A stretch of DNA of 64,000 bases from the NCBI GenBank assembly GCA_023251675.1, contig JAHEYJ010000001.1, positions 1,671-65,670 on the forward strand, read 5' to 3'. This stretch comes from Bacteroidota bacterium. GTDB lineage: Bacteria; Bacteroidota; Bacteroidia; Palsa-948. Positions within the stretch are counted from its first letter, which is position 1; the number at the start of each line of letters is the position of its first letter. The notes below the pieces were generated by a model. The model was not told the DNA's origin, ran no database searches, and saw only the letters and a program-made list of their open reading frames with translations. Made by a program: the position numbers and the translations under genes. Below, one piece after another: positions 8,075 to 17,956 of this stretch.

Positions 8075-10042
8075 CTATTTGTTCTGAGCGCCGGCTGCAA
8101 TTTCTAATTCGTTAATTGTATTTTCTTCAACAGCAATTCCCTTTTCTTTCGCAGTGAGCAGATCCTGTAACGCTTCGGCATATTTACCCATCCCTTTATA
8201 AGCAAGCGAACGGTTGGTGTAAGCGCCGTAATTATCGGGTTTCAGTTCAAGGGATCTTGTAAAATCATTCACCGCTTCCTGGTATTTACCGCTCATGCTT
8301 AAAATAATTCCGCGGTTGTTGTACGCCTGTCCGTTATCCGAAGCAAACTCAATGGCTTTATTGATATCACTGAGCGCTTCCGGAAGATGATCGCTTTTTC
8401 CGTATGCTTCGGAACGGGCATAATAGCCTTCCCCGCTTTTGGGCTGCAGCTCAATGATCTTTGTAAAATCTTTTATCGCGTTTTCAAAATCATTTCTCTG
8501 AACATACATGGTGCCGCGGCTGAGGTAATTGGTATAATCATCGGGATGAAGTCGTATCTCTTCGGAGAAGGATCGGATGGCTTCATCGGTTTGCTTCAGG
8601 CGCTGGTGTACCAAACCTTTGTTGCGCCACGCTTTCGGATATTTTGGTTTCAGTTCTACCAATGAAATAAAATCTTTCAGCGCTTCTTCGTTACGGCTTG
8701 AATCCGTAAGAACAGCACCGCGGTTGGTATATAAAATGGCTGCTTTGTATCCGTTGTCAATGGCATCGGTATAAAGCCGAATGCTGTCGTGCCACACCTT
8801 TGTCCGCTGAAAGGTCAGGTAACAGAAAAACACCAGGTAAACAGCGGCAGCGGCAGTTGCAGTTTTATTTGTTATAAAAGGCGAAAAATAATACGCCGCA
8901 ATAAAAAATAATCCGATTGATGGAATGTATGTGTAGCGGTCGGCATACAAGGCATCACCGATGGGAAGGAGCTGAAGAACAAGAACAATGGTGATGAGAA
9001 AAAAGGCCGTTCCGAATAAGACCACTTTCGAATCACGAAAATATTTCCAAATGAGGAACGCAATAGCAAGCAGAACGGCCGGACTTATATAAACCCAGAC
9101 CGTATTGATCTTATCGTTGGTTTCCGGGTAAGGATAAAAGCAAGAAAGATTAATCGGAAGAATAATCTTGTGCAGATACGTCATCAAAGCATAGCAGGAA
9201 AAAAGGATCCGTTCGTAAAAAGGAAAATACTGGAACGTCTGCATGGCGCCGGCTTTCCCCTGGACTTTAATGGCAAGAATTCCGAAGGCAACGGCAAGGA
9301 CGAAGAAAGGGATTTTTTCCAAGATGGTTTTCTTTGTGAGCTTCCGGTTCAACAGAAAATCGACAGCAAAAAAAGTTACAGGAAGCACAACCGCCTGTGC
9401 TTTTGAAAGAAGCGCAAACAGAAAAAGTAAAAGAATCACTCCGACGCGGGCAAGGGACAGTGAACTTTTTTCTTCTTTCAGCGAAGGAGTAGAGATGTAA
9501 ACATACAGCCCCCATAAAAAGAAAAATCCATAGAGCACATCCTTTCGTTCCGCGATCCACACAACGGATTCCACGTGAAGCGGATGAATCCCGAACAACA
9601 AAGCGGTGAGAAATGCGGCCCACCCCCAACCCCTCCCCAAGGGAGGGGGGATTAATTTCTGCACGATCAAAAAAACCAGAAGGGTATTCAGTAAGTGCAA
9701 CAATAAATTTACAAGATGATAGCCGAAAGGATTTAGAGCAAAAAATTTATAATCCAGCATGTAGGAGAACATGGTAAGCGGCTGGTAGTTGCCTACAAAC
9801 TGTTCGGAGAAAATAGTTTTCAGGTTCTCGGCATTGATCGCTTTGATCACCGGATTTTCCAGTACGTACTGTGTATCGTCAAGGTTAACGAATTTGTTTT
9901 GAAGAGAAGGGAAGAAAACAAGAAAGGTAATTGCAAGAACAGCGGGAAGAAAATATTTTTCATATCCTGAAATAAATTCTATTTCAGGTTGGAGTTGTTT
10001 CGAAATGACTTTGGCTTTCTGCTTTGGCTTTGCCATGAGCAA
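8075..10042 (-). CDS. multi-pass membrane protein with C-terminal TPR repeats (TMTC/DUF1736-like)
   Basis: 655 aa. Many N-terminal TM helices. Motif ALLFGIHPLHVESVVWIAERKDVL typical of the DUF1736 loop. Tandem TPRs at the C-terminus. Contains an in-frame GC hairpin encoding PPPLGRGWGW. Confidence 0.7.
   Translation of the reverse strand: MLMAKPKQKAKVISKQLQPEIEFISGYEKYFLPAVLAITFLVFFPSLQNKFVNLDDTQYVLENPVIKAINAENLKTIFSEQFVGNYQPLTMFSYMLDYKFFALNPFGYHLVNLLLHLLNTLLVFLIVQKLIPPPLGRGWGWAAFLTALLFGIHPLHVESVVWIAERKDVLYGFFFLWGLYVYISTPSLKEEKSSLSLARVGVILLLFLFALLSKAQAVVLPVTFFAVDFLLNRKLTKKTILEKIPFFVLAVAFGILAIKVQGKAGAMQTFQYFPFYERILFSCYALMTYLHKIILPINLSCFYPYPETNDKINTVWVYISPAVLLAIAFLIWKYFRDSKVVLFGTAFFLITIVLVLQLLPIGDALYADRYTYIPSIGLFFIAAYYFSPFITNKTATAAAAVYLVFFCYLTFQRTKVWHDSIRLYTDAIDNGYKAAILYTNRGAVLTDSSRNEEALKDFISLVELKPKYPKAWRNKGLVHQRLKQTDEAIRSFSEEIRLHPDDYTNYLSRGTMYVQRNDFENAIKDFTKIIELQPKSGEGYYARSEAYGKSDHLPEALSDINKAIEFASDNGQAYNNRGIILSMSGKYQEAVNDFTRSLELKPDNYGAYTNRSLAYKGMGKYAEALQDLLTAKEKGIAVEENTINELEIAAGAQNK
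9632..9650. repeat. GC-rich perfect hairpin (CCCCTCCC-caa-GGGAGGGG) embedded in-frame in a CDS; encodes PLGRG
   Basis: 8-bp perfect stem seen directly. Same family as the hairpins at 27924 and 28327. Confidence 0.7.
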
Positions 10043-10051
10043 AAATAAGGA

Positions 10052-10381
10052 CTAAACCTTTTCTACAAACACAGCCGTTCCGTAGCAAAGGACCTCCGTA
10101 ACGCCTTGGGCCACTTCATTTGCATCGTAGCGCGCTCCGATGATCGCATTTGCTCCGATTTTGTCAGCATGATTTGCCATAATTTCGAATGCTTCTTCAC
10201 GTGCTTTTTCACAAAGTTCAGTATATAGAGAAATATTCCCTCCTACAAGGGTTTGAAAACTGGCGCCGATGGTTCCGAATACGCTTCGTGAACGCACGGT
10301 GATGCCGCGAACAACGCCGAGATTTTTAGTGATTCGGAATCCATCCAGTGTAAAGGCAGTGGTAATGTTGGTTCTTTCCAT
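10052..10381 (-). CDS. YbjQ/UPF0145 (DUF74) family protein
   Basis: 109 aa. Conserved …[11 protein letters not shown]… pattern of UPF0145. Confidence 0.75.
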   Translation of the reverse strand: MERTNITTAFTLDGFRITKNLGVVRGITVRSRSVFGTIGASFQTLVGGNISLYTELCEKAREEAFEIMANHADKIGANAIIGARYDANEVAQGVTEVLCYGTAVFVEKV

Positions 10382-10493
10382 GATAAGTTTTATTTAGGGA
10401 AACAAAGGTAATCGAAAAGAGTTGAGACGGAACAATCAGTTCTCAATACTTCGCCTTTGTAGAAACCTGCCTGCCTGCAGGCTCGAACTGACC

Positions 10494-11540
10494 TTACTTA
10501 TTTATAATGCCAACCGTTTTTGCCTTGATGCAAAACCATTTGATGTAATCGAAACTTAATTCCTGCGAGTTGTCTCCGCGGATTTTATTCAGCGGGCCTT
10601 CCCATGTTCCCATCCAGTCATCGCGTGAAAGCCAGTCGTGGTCGTACACTCCTATTGAAATGCTGTCGTCGGGATAATAATGGTACAGGCTGAACGTATC
10701 ATTTCCGGTATAGGTATCGGTTGATCTTTCAAAATCGGTTTTACAATAATACATATCACCCGGAGAATAAATCGTCCAGTAGATATCCGGATAGCTGCTG
10801 TTCCAGATGGTATTATCCATTCCCGCCGGTGTGAATATTGAATCATTCCGCAGCATCAATCCTTCGCCGTAAAGAAGGGTCTTGTAGATGGGCGGGATGT
10901 TTATTGAAAAAGAAACCGTTCCGTTGATCAGGGAACGTTCCGCATAGTTTTTGTAATAATACCGGGAAGTATCATGAAAAGTTTCATTCCACCTCAGAAC
11001 GCTTTGATCGGATTCAGAACAGAACCGGGTTTGAGAAATTTTTACTTCTATTTTTTGTTTGCCGGCTTTTAAATGCTGGAACGCATAGAAAGGGATCACC
11101 GCCTGAAATGAATAGATTTTTTTCAAACTTTCAGTGTCGCTTGAGAACACCAGAACAGAATCGATTTCTTTTCCCCATCCGTAATAGCCGGAATATTTTT
11201 CATTATCAGTTGGAAATAGTACTGCGCGATCAAGGGTAATGGGGTTTCCATTATTGAAACATTCTATTTTGAAAGCGGTTGAATACAAAGTATCTTTTGT
11301 ACTGTCAATTACCGGGAAAGGAAAATCCGGCGGAACCGTAAAATCAAATTTTATCCGCAGTTTATGATCGGTTGTATCCACTTGTATGGCCGAAACACAT
11401 TTTGAAAATTGCCTGGACCGTTCTTTCAATTGAAATTTAACCGGCGAGAAATATTCAGATTTAGGAGGCGAATAACTTCCGCATCTGCAAAGCAGCATAT
11501 AGAAAAAAGAAAACGGTAAAAAAGATTTTGAAATTTTCAT
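10494..11540 (-). CDS. hypothetical secreted protein or lipoprotein
   Basis: 348-aa ORF with N-terminal signal peptide and Cys (LLCRCGS). No recognisable domain. Confidence 0.5.
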   Translation of the reverse strand: MKISKSFLPFSFFYMLLCRCGSYSPPKSEYFSPVKFQLKERSRQFSKCVSAIQVDTTDHKLRIKFDFTVPPDFPFPVIDSTKDTLYSTAFKIECFNNGNPITLDRAVLFPTDNEKYSGYYGWGKEIDSVLVFSSDTESLKKIYSFQAVIPFYAFQHLKAGKQKIEVKISQTRFCSESDQSVLRWNETFHDTSRYYYKNYAERSLINGTVSFSINIPPIYKTLLYGEGLMLRNDSIFTPAGMDNTIWNSSYPDIYWTIYSPGDMYYCKTDFERSTDTYTGNDTFSLYHYYPDDSISIGVYDHDWLSRDDWMGTWEGPLNKIRGDNSQELSFDYIKWFCIKAKTVGIINK

Positions 11541-11623
11541 ATTGCCGGGAGTTGGTACAACCCCAGCAACGCAGTAGCCGAAAATTAGTTTAGCTAATAA
11601 ATGTCAATTAACGTTAATTAACA

Positions 11624-12367
11624 CTACTCTGTGATGTTCGCAAGCAGGTACTCGCGGTTCATCCGCGCAATATGGTGCAGCGAAATTCCCTTCGGGCAAA
11701 CAGATTCGCAGGAACCGGTGTTGGTGCAGTTCCCGAATCCTTCAACATCCATTTGCTTGACCATATTCATCACGCGGTCCTTGCGTTCTACTTTTCCCTG
11801 CGGAAGCAGGGCCATCTGCGAAACTTTTGCAGAAACAAAAAGCATGGCCGAAGAATTTTTGCACGACGCAACACATGCGCCGCAACCAATGCAGGCGGCT
11901 GCGCTGAATGATTCATCGGCATCGGCTTTTGGAACAGGCAGGCAGTTTGCGTCCTGCGCATTTCCGGTGTTCACCGAAACAAAACCTCCGGCTGCCATGA
12001 TGCGGTCAAAAGCAGAACGGTCCACCATCAGATCTTTTATCACCGGGAATCCTTTAGCTCTCCATGGTTCAATGACGATGGTTTCACCATCCTCAAATGC
12101 ACGCATGTGAAGCTGGCAAACGGTGGTGCGGGTCCACGGTCCGTGCGGACGGCCATTGATATGCATGGAACACATGCCGCAGATCCCTTCACGGCAATCA
12201 TGATCGAAAGCAATAGGTTCTTCGTTCTTTGCCACCAGGCGCTCGTTCAGCACGTCAAACATTTCCAGGAATGACATTTCCTTGGAAATTCCGTCCACCT
12301 GGTAGGTGACAAGTTTTCCTTCTTCTTTTGAATTTTTTTGTCTCCAGATCTTTAATGTTAAATTCAT
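11624..12367 (-). CDS. sdhB: succinate dehydrogenase/fumarate reductase iron-sulfur subunit
   Basis: 2Fe-2S and 4Fe-4S cysteine clusters ([10 protein letters not shown]…, [20 protein letters not shown]). Confidence 0.9.
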   Translation of the reverse strand: MNLTLKIWRQKNSKEEGKLVTYQVDGISKEMSFLEMFDVLNERLVAKNEEPIAFDHDCREGICGMCSMHINGRPHGPWTRTTVCQLHMRAFEDGETIVIEPWRAKGFPVIKDLMVDRSAFDRIMAAGGFVSVNTGNAQDANCLPVPKADADESFSAAACIGCGACVASCKNSSAMLFVSAKVSQMALLPQGKVERKDRVMNMVKQMDVEGFGNCTNTGSCESVCPKGISLHHIARMNREYLLANITE

Positions 12368-12370
12368 ATT

Positions 12371-12462
12371 CTTTTATTTTTCTTAGTGCTTCTTAGTGTA
12401 CTGCGTGTCTTAGTGGTAAAAAATTTCACCACTAAGGCACTAAGGCCACTCAGTTACACTAA
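12371..12462. repeat. ~90-bp palindromic intergenic repeat of the TTAGTG family (copy 1)
   Basis: CTTAGTG…CTTAGTG…CTGCGTG…TAGTGGTAAAAAATTTCACCACTAAGGCACTAAG. A related copy lies at 52775-52865. Confidence 0.6.
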
Positions 12463-12465
12463 GTA

Positions 12466-14445
12466 TTATTTATAACTCCTTTGCGACGGATGAACAACCT
12501 GATAATTCAGGTCTTCTTTGTTCAACTCCCATTCGCCCACATTTTTAAATTCCCAGGCAGCTGCGTAAGTGAAATTATCATCATCGCGTTTTGCTTCGCC
12601 TTCTTCGGTTTGATATTCCTCGCGGAAATGTCCGCCGCAGGATTCTTTCCGGTGAAGCGCATCTTTGCACATCAATTCTCCGAGTTCGAGAAAATCCGCA
12701 ACGCGAATTGCTTTTTCCAGTTCGGCATTCAATTCGTTTTGTCCGCCAGGGATCCGAACGTCTTTCCAGAACTCTTCACGCAATGCTTTTATTTCTCCGA
12801 TCGCTTCGGCCAGTCCTTTTTCATTTCGGGCCATTCCGCATTTGTCCCACATGATCTTACCGAGTCGTTTGTGGAAATGGTCCACGGATCTTGCTCCTTT
12901 GATGTTCATCAGTCGGTCTATTTGCTCCTGTATTTTTTTCTCTGTCTCCGCAAAAGCTTCGTGGTCGGTAGAGATTGCTTTTGTACGGATATCCTGCGAC
13001 AAATAGGTTCCTATTGTATAAGGGATCACAAAATAACCGTCGGCCAATCCCTGCATCAGTGCGGAAGCGCCGAGACGATTGGCGCCGTGATCGGAGAAGT
13101 TAGCTTCACCAAGCGCATACATCCCGGGAACAGTGGTCATCAGGTCGTAATCCACCCACAGGCCTCCCATAACATAATGGGCGGCAGGGTAAATACGCAT
13201 GGGAACTTCATAGGGGTTTTCTCCGGTAATTTTTTCATACATCTCGAAGAGGTTGCCATATTTTTCTGCCACTTCTGCTTTTCCGAGCTTTAAAATTTCC
13301 GCGCCAGAAGCAGTATGAAGCCCGAGTTGATTTGCTTTTGTTTTTCCATAGCGCTCGTAGGCAAAAGCAAAATCGAGGTACACTGCCATTTTAGAAACGC
13401 CGACACCGTAGCCCGCATCACATCGCTCTTTTGCAGCGCGTGAAGCTACGTCTCGAGGAACTAAATTTCCAAAGGCAGGATATCTTCTTTCCAAATAATA
13501 ATCTCTTTCATCTTCAGGAATCTCATTTGCCTTACGGGCCTCTCCTTGTTTTTTAGGAACCCAAATGCGTCCGTCATTTCTCAACGACTCACTCATCAAA
13601 GTCAATTTAGATTGATGGTCGCCCGCCACAGGAATGCAGGTAGGATGAATTTGTGTATAGCAGGGATTACCGAAGAACGCGCCTTTTTTATGTGCTTTCC
13701 AGATCGCAGTGGCATTGCAGCCCATGGCGTTGGTGGAGAGATAAAAAACATTTCCGTAACCGCCGGTGCAAAGCAACACCGCATGGCCGAAATGCCTTTC
13801 GAGTTTTCCGGAAATCAAATCCCTTGCAATAATTCCTCTTGCTTTTCCGTCAATAATCACTACATCGAGCATTTCATGGCGCGTATGCATTTCCACAGAA
13901 CCTTTTCCAATTTGTCTTGACAAAGCAGAATAAGCTCCAAGTAAAAGCTGCTGGCCGGTTTGGCCCGCTGCGTAAAACGTACGCTGCACTTGTGTTCCGC
14001 CAAAGGATCGGTTGTCCAAATAGCCTCCGTACTCACGCGCGAAAGGAACGCCCTGGGCGACGCACTGATCGATAATAGCCGAACTGACTTCAGCAAGTCG
14101 GTGCACATTTCCTTCGCGGGCACGGTAGTCTCCGCCTTTGATCGTATCGTAAAATAATCTGTATACGCTGTCGCCATCGTTCTGATAATTTTTTGCTGCG
14201 TTGATTCCGCCCTGTGCAGCAATGGAGTGCGCGCGGCGGGGAGAGTCCTGGAAGCAAAAACATTTTACTTTGTATCCCAGTTCAGCCAGTGATGCGGCGG
14301 CAGAGGCTCCTGCAAGGCCGGAGCCCACCACAATAATTTCAATGTTTCGTTTGTTGGATGGATTGACGAGCGGAACCGTGGATTTATATTTCGTCCACTT
14401 GGTTTCGAGCGGTCCGTCAGGAATTTTTGAATTTAGTTTTGTCAT
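12466..14445 (-). CDS. sdhA: succinate dehydrogenase/fumarate reductase flavoprotein subunit
   Basis: 659 aa. FAD-binding [13 protein letters not shown]. Covalent-FAD His region [14 protein letters not shown]. Confidence 0.9.
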   Translation of the reverse strand: MTKLNSKIPDGPLETKWTKYKSTVPLVNPSNKRNIEIIVVGSGLAGASAAASLAELGYKVKCFCFQDSPRRAHSIAAQGGINAAKNYQNDGDSVYRLFYDTIKGGDYRAREGNVHRLAEVSSAIIDQCVAQGVPFAREYGGYLDNRSFGGTQVQRTFYAAGQTGQQLLLGAYSALSRQIGKGSVEMHTRHEMLDVVIIDGKARGIIARDLISGKLERHFGHAVLLCTGGYGNVFYLSTNAMGCNATAIWKAHKKGAFFGNPCYTQIHPTCIPVAGDHQSKLTLMSESLRNDGRIWVPKKQGEARKANEIPEDERDYYLERRYPAFGNLVPRDVASRAAKERCDAGYGVGVSKMAVYLDFAFAYERYGKTKANQLGLHTASGAEILKLGKAEVAEKYGNLFEMYEKITGENPYEVPMRIYPAAHYVMGGLWVDYDLMTTVPGMYALGEANFSDHGANRLGASALMQGLADGYFVIPYTIGTYLSQDIRTKAISTDHEAFAETEKKIQEQIDRLMNIKGARSVDHFHKRLGKIMWDKCGMARNEKGLAEAIGEIKALREEFWKDVRIPGGQNELNAELEKAIRVADFLELGELMCKDALHRKESCGGHFREEYQTEEGEAKRDDDNFTYAAAWEFKNVGEWELNKEDLNYQVVHPSQRSYK

Positions 14446-14448
14446 ATA

Positions 14449-15132
14449 TTAGAAAGTTTTTCCGGCAATACCGAAATAGAACAGAATAGGGATAATTGAA
14501 AATCCGAGGCCTATGATCACAAAGGCAAAGAAACTTCCGAAAAGAGAAATAAGTGATTTGTATTTTTTTGCATTCATGCCGAAGGTGGTGAATGCGGATT
14601 GAAACCCGTGGTTAAGGTGGAAAGCAAGAAAGGCGGATGATCCGACATAAAGCAGAACAAACCAGGGATTATGGAAGGCTTCTTTAATGGTTTGCGCCAC
14701 ATTGGTCTGTCCTTCGCCACCGACGGTATCCATTATTCTGTAGGGAACAAAGAACTGCCACATATGAACTACAATAAAAAAGAAAATCAGGCTGCCGGTG
14801 ATTCCCATATTGCGTGAGAACCAGGAAGAGGTCTGGTCTACCTTGTAAACAGCGTATTTGACCGGGCGCGATTCACGGTTCTGCTTGGTGATATAGATGG
14901 CCTGAACCACATGCAGCACAATGGCCAGAAAAAGAAAAATTTCAATCAACCGGATAAGCATGCTGTGCACGAGCGTATGCGACCATTCGGTAAATGCAAC
15001 CCCCCCGTCAGTAAAGAGGAGAAGAAGGTTGCTGTAAAGATGTTCGATAAGGAATACACAGAGGAAAAGTCCCGTGGCCGCCATCACTGTTTTCCTGCCT
15101 ATGCTTGAATTGATGTATTGATCAATAGTCAT
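14449..15132 (-). CDS. sdhC: succinate dehydrogenase/fumarate reductase cytochrome b subunit
   Basis: 227-aa polytopic membrane protein immediately upstream of sdhA, the usual Bacteroidota sdhCAB order. Confidence 0.8.
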   Translation of the reverse strand: MTIDQYINSSIGRKTVMAATGLFLCVFLIEHLYSNLLLLFTDGGVAFTEWSHTLVHSMLIRLIEIFLFLAIVLHVVQAIYITKQNRESRPVKYAVYKVDQTSSWFSRNMGITGSLIFFFIVVHMWQFFVPYRIMDTVGGEGQTNVAQTIKEAFHNPWFVLLYVGSSAFLAFHLNHGFQSAFTTFGMNAKKYKSLISLFGSFFAFVIIGLGFSIIPILFYFGIAGKTF

Positions 15133-15240
15133 ATAATATGTATAATATGTTGCGGGGCAAATGTAATACGCGCGGGGAATTGGCGAAATAAAAAACCCCC
15201 AAAGTTGTTCACTTTGAGGGTCAATAAAGTATGATTTGCA

Positions 15241-16281
15241 TCATTGAAAGCTTGCCGCTGATTTGTACAGGAATGGATTCGGGTTGCCATATCGCAAAGA
15301 AATCTCAAAACCACCTTTTCCGGAGGTTGCTGATTTCAATCCCGAAACGTTCATATCATAGCTGAATCCAATGGTGTATTCTGCAATTTCAAGTTGAATG
15401 GAAGGAATGAAAGCATCTTTCACGCGCATATGTGTTCCAACGAGGATCGAGGCCCCTTTTACATAGCCGGTGAATTTAGATTCTTCACGAAGCGTGTAGC
15501 GGAAATACATGCCGGGCGTAAATTCAGCGGAAGGCCCTTGTTTCATATAAAGTAAATCGGGAACCAAAGCAAAATTTGTATTTTTTATTCCGATCAATGC
15601 GTCAGCATGTCCTACCATTTTCATAAAAAGGTTTTCATCGGACCCATAAAAGGAATATTTAGGCGTATTCAAATGATGGATTGCAAAGCCGGTATGAATA
15701 ATAAACATGTCGTTTGCGGTAGAATACATTTGCCCTTTATTAAACTGGTAAACAACGCCCAGCCCAAGATCCGGATAACCGAACTTATTGCTGCTCTGAA
15801 AAGCAGACTCACCGGTTGCATTAGTTGCACTATAAGCTCCGTTTTGATATTGCTCATCCCATGTCAGGTTAGAATAATCAATGCCGCGCGATGCAAATCC
15901 AGCCTCAAGGCATCCGCCCAACGTGTTTTTATCATCCAACTGGGTATGATATCCGAAAGAAAAAAGGCCTTGCGTGGTTTTCATGTTACCATCACCGGCT
16001 TTATCGCTGAAAATATCAACGCCCGCAGCAAGCCAATGTGTTTTCCATTTTTTCTGCAATAAGCGTGCATCGAAAGAAAAATTTATCGTCTTGTAAGCGT
16101 TAGGAGAAATGCTTGTCCACTGTGTTTTATAATTGGCAATTGCTTCCAGATTCCGGTACGCTCCTGCCTGTGCCGGATTGATGATCAGCGGAGACAGATT
16201 ATACTGAGAAAGGTGAATGTCCTGTCCAAAAACAGACAAACCAGACAATAACATTATGCCTGAGAGTAAATATTTTTTCAT
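15241..16281 (-). CDS. type IX secretion system membrane protein, PorP/SprF family
   Basis: 346 aa. N-terminal signature LSGLSVFGQDIHLSQYNLSPLIINPAQAG typical of PorP/SprF. Confidence 0.75.
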   Translation of the reverse strand: MKKYLLSGIMLLSGLSVFGQDIHLSQYNLSPLIINPAQAGAYRNLEAIANYKTQWTSISPNAYKTINFSFDARLLQKKWKTHWLAAGVDIFSDKAGDGNMKTTQGLFSFGYHTQLDDKNTLGGCLEAGFASRGIDYSNLTWDEQYQNGAYSATNATGESAFQSSNKFGYPDLGLGVVYQFNKGQMYSTANDMFIIHTGFAIHHLNTPKYSFYGSDENLFMKMVGHADALIGIKNTNFALVPDLLYMKQGPSAEFTPGMYFRYTLREESKFTGYVKGASILVGTHMRVKDAFIPSIQLEIAEYTIGFSYDMNVSGLKSATSGKGGFEISLRYGNPNPFLYKSAASFQ

Positions 16282-16294
16282 CTTGTAAGTTAAG

Positions 16295-16897
16295 GTGTTA
16301 ATTCAAAACGTAAAGATGCGAATATTCTTTGATGAGGCAAAATTTTTGATAAGATTTTCAGTACATTTGATTAATAAAATACCGGTGAAACTTAGTAATC
16401 CATACCTGCTTGTTTTTATTGTTTTTTCAGGAATTTTGATCTCTTCCTGTGTAAAGAAACCCAAATACCCTTCTGTGCCTGTTATCGCTTATAAAGATTT
16501 TCTCCGGTATGGCAATCCGCACAATCCGGATTCTGTGGAGATCGTGATCACCTTTACAGACAACGAAGGAGATATCGGACTTACACAAGCGGATACACTG
16601 GGGATCTTTAAGAAAGGGAATGTTTACATGTACGATTCCTACTGGGATACTACCGGGGTAGATCACTGGGCGGTGTATGATCCACCCATCACTCCGCAGG
16701 TTGATACTTCTTTTATTTATTACCGTGTTCCTCCTATTTTACCGGATGGCGATCCGAGTGAACCGGTAAAAGGCCAGATTTTTATTAAACAAAGGCCGTT
16801 TGTCAAAGTTTTTGACCGGATCAAGTATACTATATATATGTATGACCTTGCCAAACACAAGAGCAATACGATCGAGACTCCTCCCATTGATTTTTAG
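16295..16897 (+). CDS. hypothetical lipoprotein (start codon uncertain)
   Basis: Lipobox-like LLVFIVFSGILISSC. No recognisable domain. Confidence 0.4.
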   Translation: MLIQNVKMRIFFDEAKFLIRFSVHLINKIPVKLSNPYLLVFIVFSGILISSCVKKPKYPSVPVIAYKDFLRYGNPHNPDSVEIVITFTDNEGDIGLTQADTLGIFKKGNVYMYDSYWDTTGVDHWAVYDPPITPQVDTSFIYYRVPPILPDGDPSEPVKGQIFIKQRPFVKVFDRIKYTIYMYDLAKHKSNTIETPPIDF

Positions 16898-16909
16898 AAG
16901 ACGCTTATT

Positions 16910-17956
16910 GTGAATCCTATTTCTGTATTTCCTATACGTACAAAAAAAGATTTTGAAAAGAAGGCTTTGGAAGTTTTCCATTTTCAGGCTGAAAAGAATC
17001 CGGTTTATAAAAAGTACATTGAACAGATCGGCGTGATCCCCGGGAAGGTAAAATCTCTTAACGGGATTCCATTTTTACCTATCGGGTTTTTCAAAACACA
17101 AGAAGTAGTAACTGAGGAGCAAGCAACAAGCAACAAGTCACAAGTCACAAGTCACAAGTTGCAAATCACAAGTCATAAGTCACAAGTGTTTTTGAGCAGC
17201 GGCACTACCGGAACGGAGCGAAGCCGGCATACGGTGACGGATGTTTCGCTTTACGAAAAAAGTTTCCGGAAATGTTTTGAAAGATTTTATGGTAATCCAA
17301 AACAATATGCTTTCCTGGTGTTGCTTCCTTCTTATTACGAGAACAAAAATTCATCGTTGATCTATATGATGATGGACCTGATGAAAAGAAGCGGAAATCA
17401 ATTCAGTTCTTTTTATAATTCCAAAGATGAAACACTGATCCAGGTCCTTATGACACTTTTGAAGAAGAAACAAAAAGTGATCTTGTTTGGAGTTTCTTTT
17501 GCACTGCTGGACCTGGCATTCCCTCCGCTCCATGATAAACAAGCATCCGGGCTGATGTCCGGGCTTACGGTCATTGAGACCGGTGGCATGAAAGGGCGTA
17601 AGGAAGAAATAACAAGAGAAGAACTTCACAAGATCCTTTGCGGGAAATTCAAAGTAAAAAAAATTCATTCTGAATACGGAATGACCGAACTGCTTTCGCA
17701 GGCCTGGTCAAAAGGCGATGGACTTTTCAACTGTCCGCCCTGGATGAAAATCTTTATTCGTGATGTCAATGATCCTTTTCAGATTTTATCACATAGAAAA
17801 ACCGGGGCACTGAACATCATTGACCTGGCCAATATACATTCCTGCTCGTTCATTGCCACACAGGATCTTGGGAAAGTTTACCGGAACGGTTCGTTCGAGG
17901 TATTGGGGCGAATTGATAACAGCGACCTGAGGGGATGCAATTTGCTGGCGGTATAA
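16910..17956 (+). CDS. LuxE-like acyl-protein synthetase / acyl transferase family protein containing an in-frame heptanucleotide repeat
   Basis: 348 aa. SSGTTG adenylate-forming motif. Domain resemblance to PF04443. A 7-aa x3 repeat (V/I)TSHK(S/L)Q lies just upstream of SSGTTG. Confidence 0.6.
   Translation: MNPISVFPIRTKKDFEKKALEVFHFQAEKNPVYKKYIEQIGVIPGKVKSLNGIPFLPIGFFKTQEVVTEEQATSNKSQVTSHKLQITSHKSQVFLSSGTTGTERSRHTVTDVSLYEKSFRKCFERFYGNPKQYAFLVLLPSYYENKNSSLIYMMMDLMKRSGNQFSSFYNSKDETLIQVLMTLLKKKQKVILFGVSFALLDLAFPPLHDKQASGLMSGLTVIETGGMKGRKEEITREELHKILCGKFKVKKIHSEYGMTELLSQAWSKGDGLFNCPPWMKIFIRDVNDPFQILSHRKTGALNIIDLANIHSCSFIATQDLGKVYRNGSFEVLGRIDNSDLRGCNLLAV
17121..17188. repeat. ~9 tandem imperfect copies of heptamer AAGTCAC inside the LuxE-like CDS
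   Basis: Units seen directly: aagcaac aagcaac aagtcac aagtcac aagtcac aagttgc aaatcac aagtcat aagtcac. Confidence 0.8.

Noticed and set aside
12481-14222. Multiple long antisense ORFs (270, 124, 120 aa…) overlapping sdhA
   Set aside because: They are entirely contained within a highly conserved flavoprotein gene on the opposite strand. They are typical frame artefacts of GC-skewed codons.
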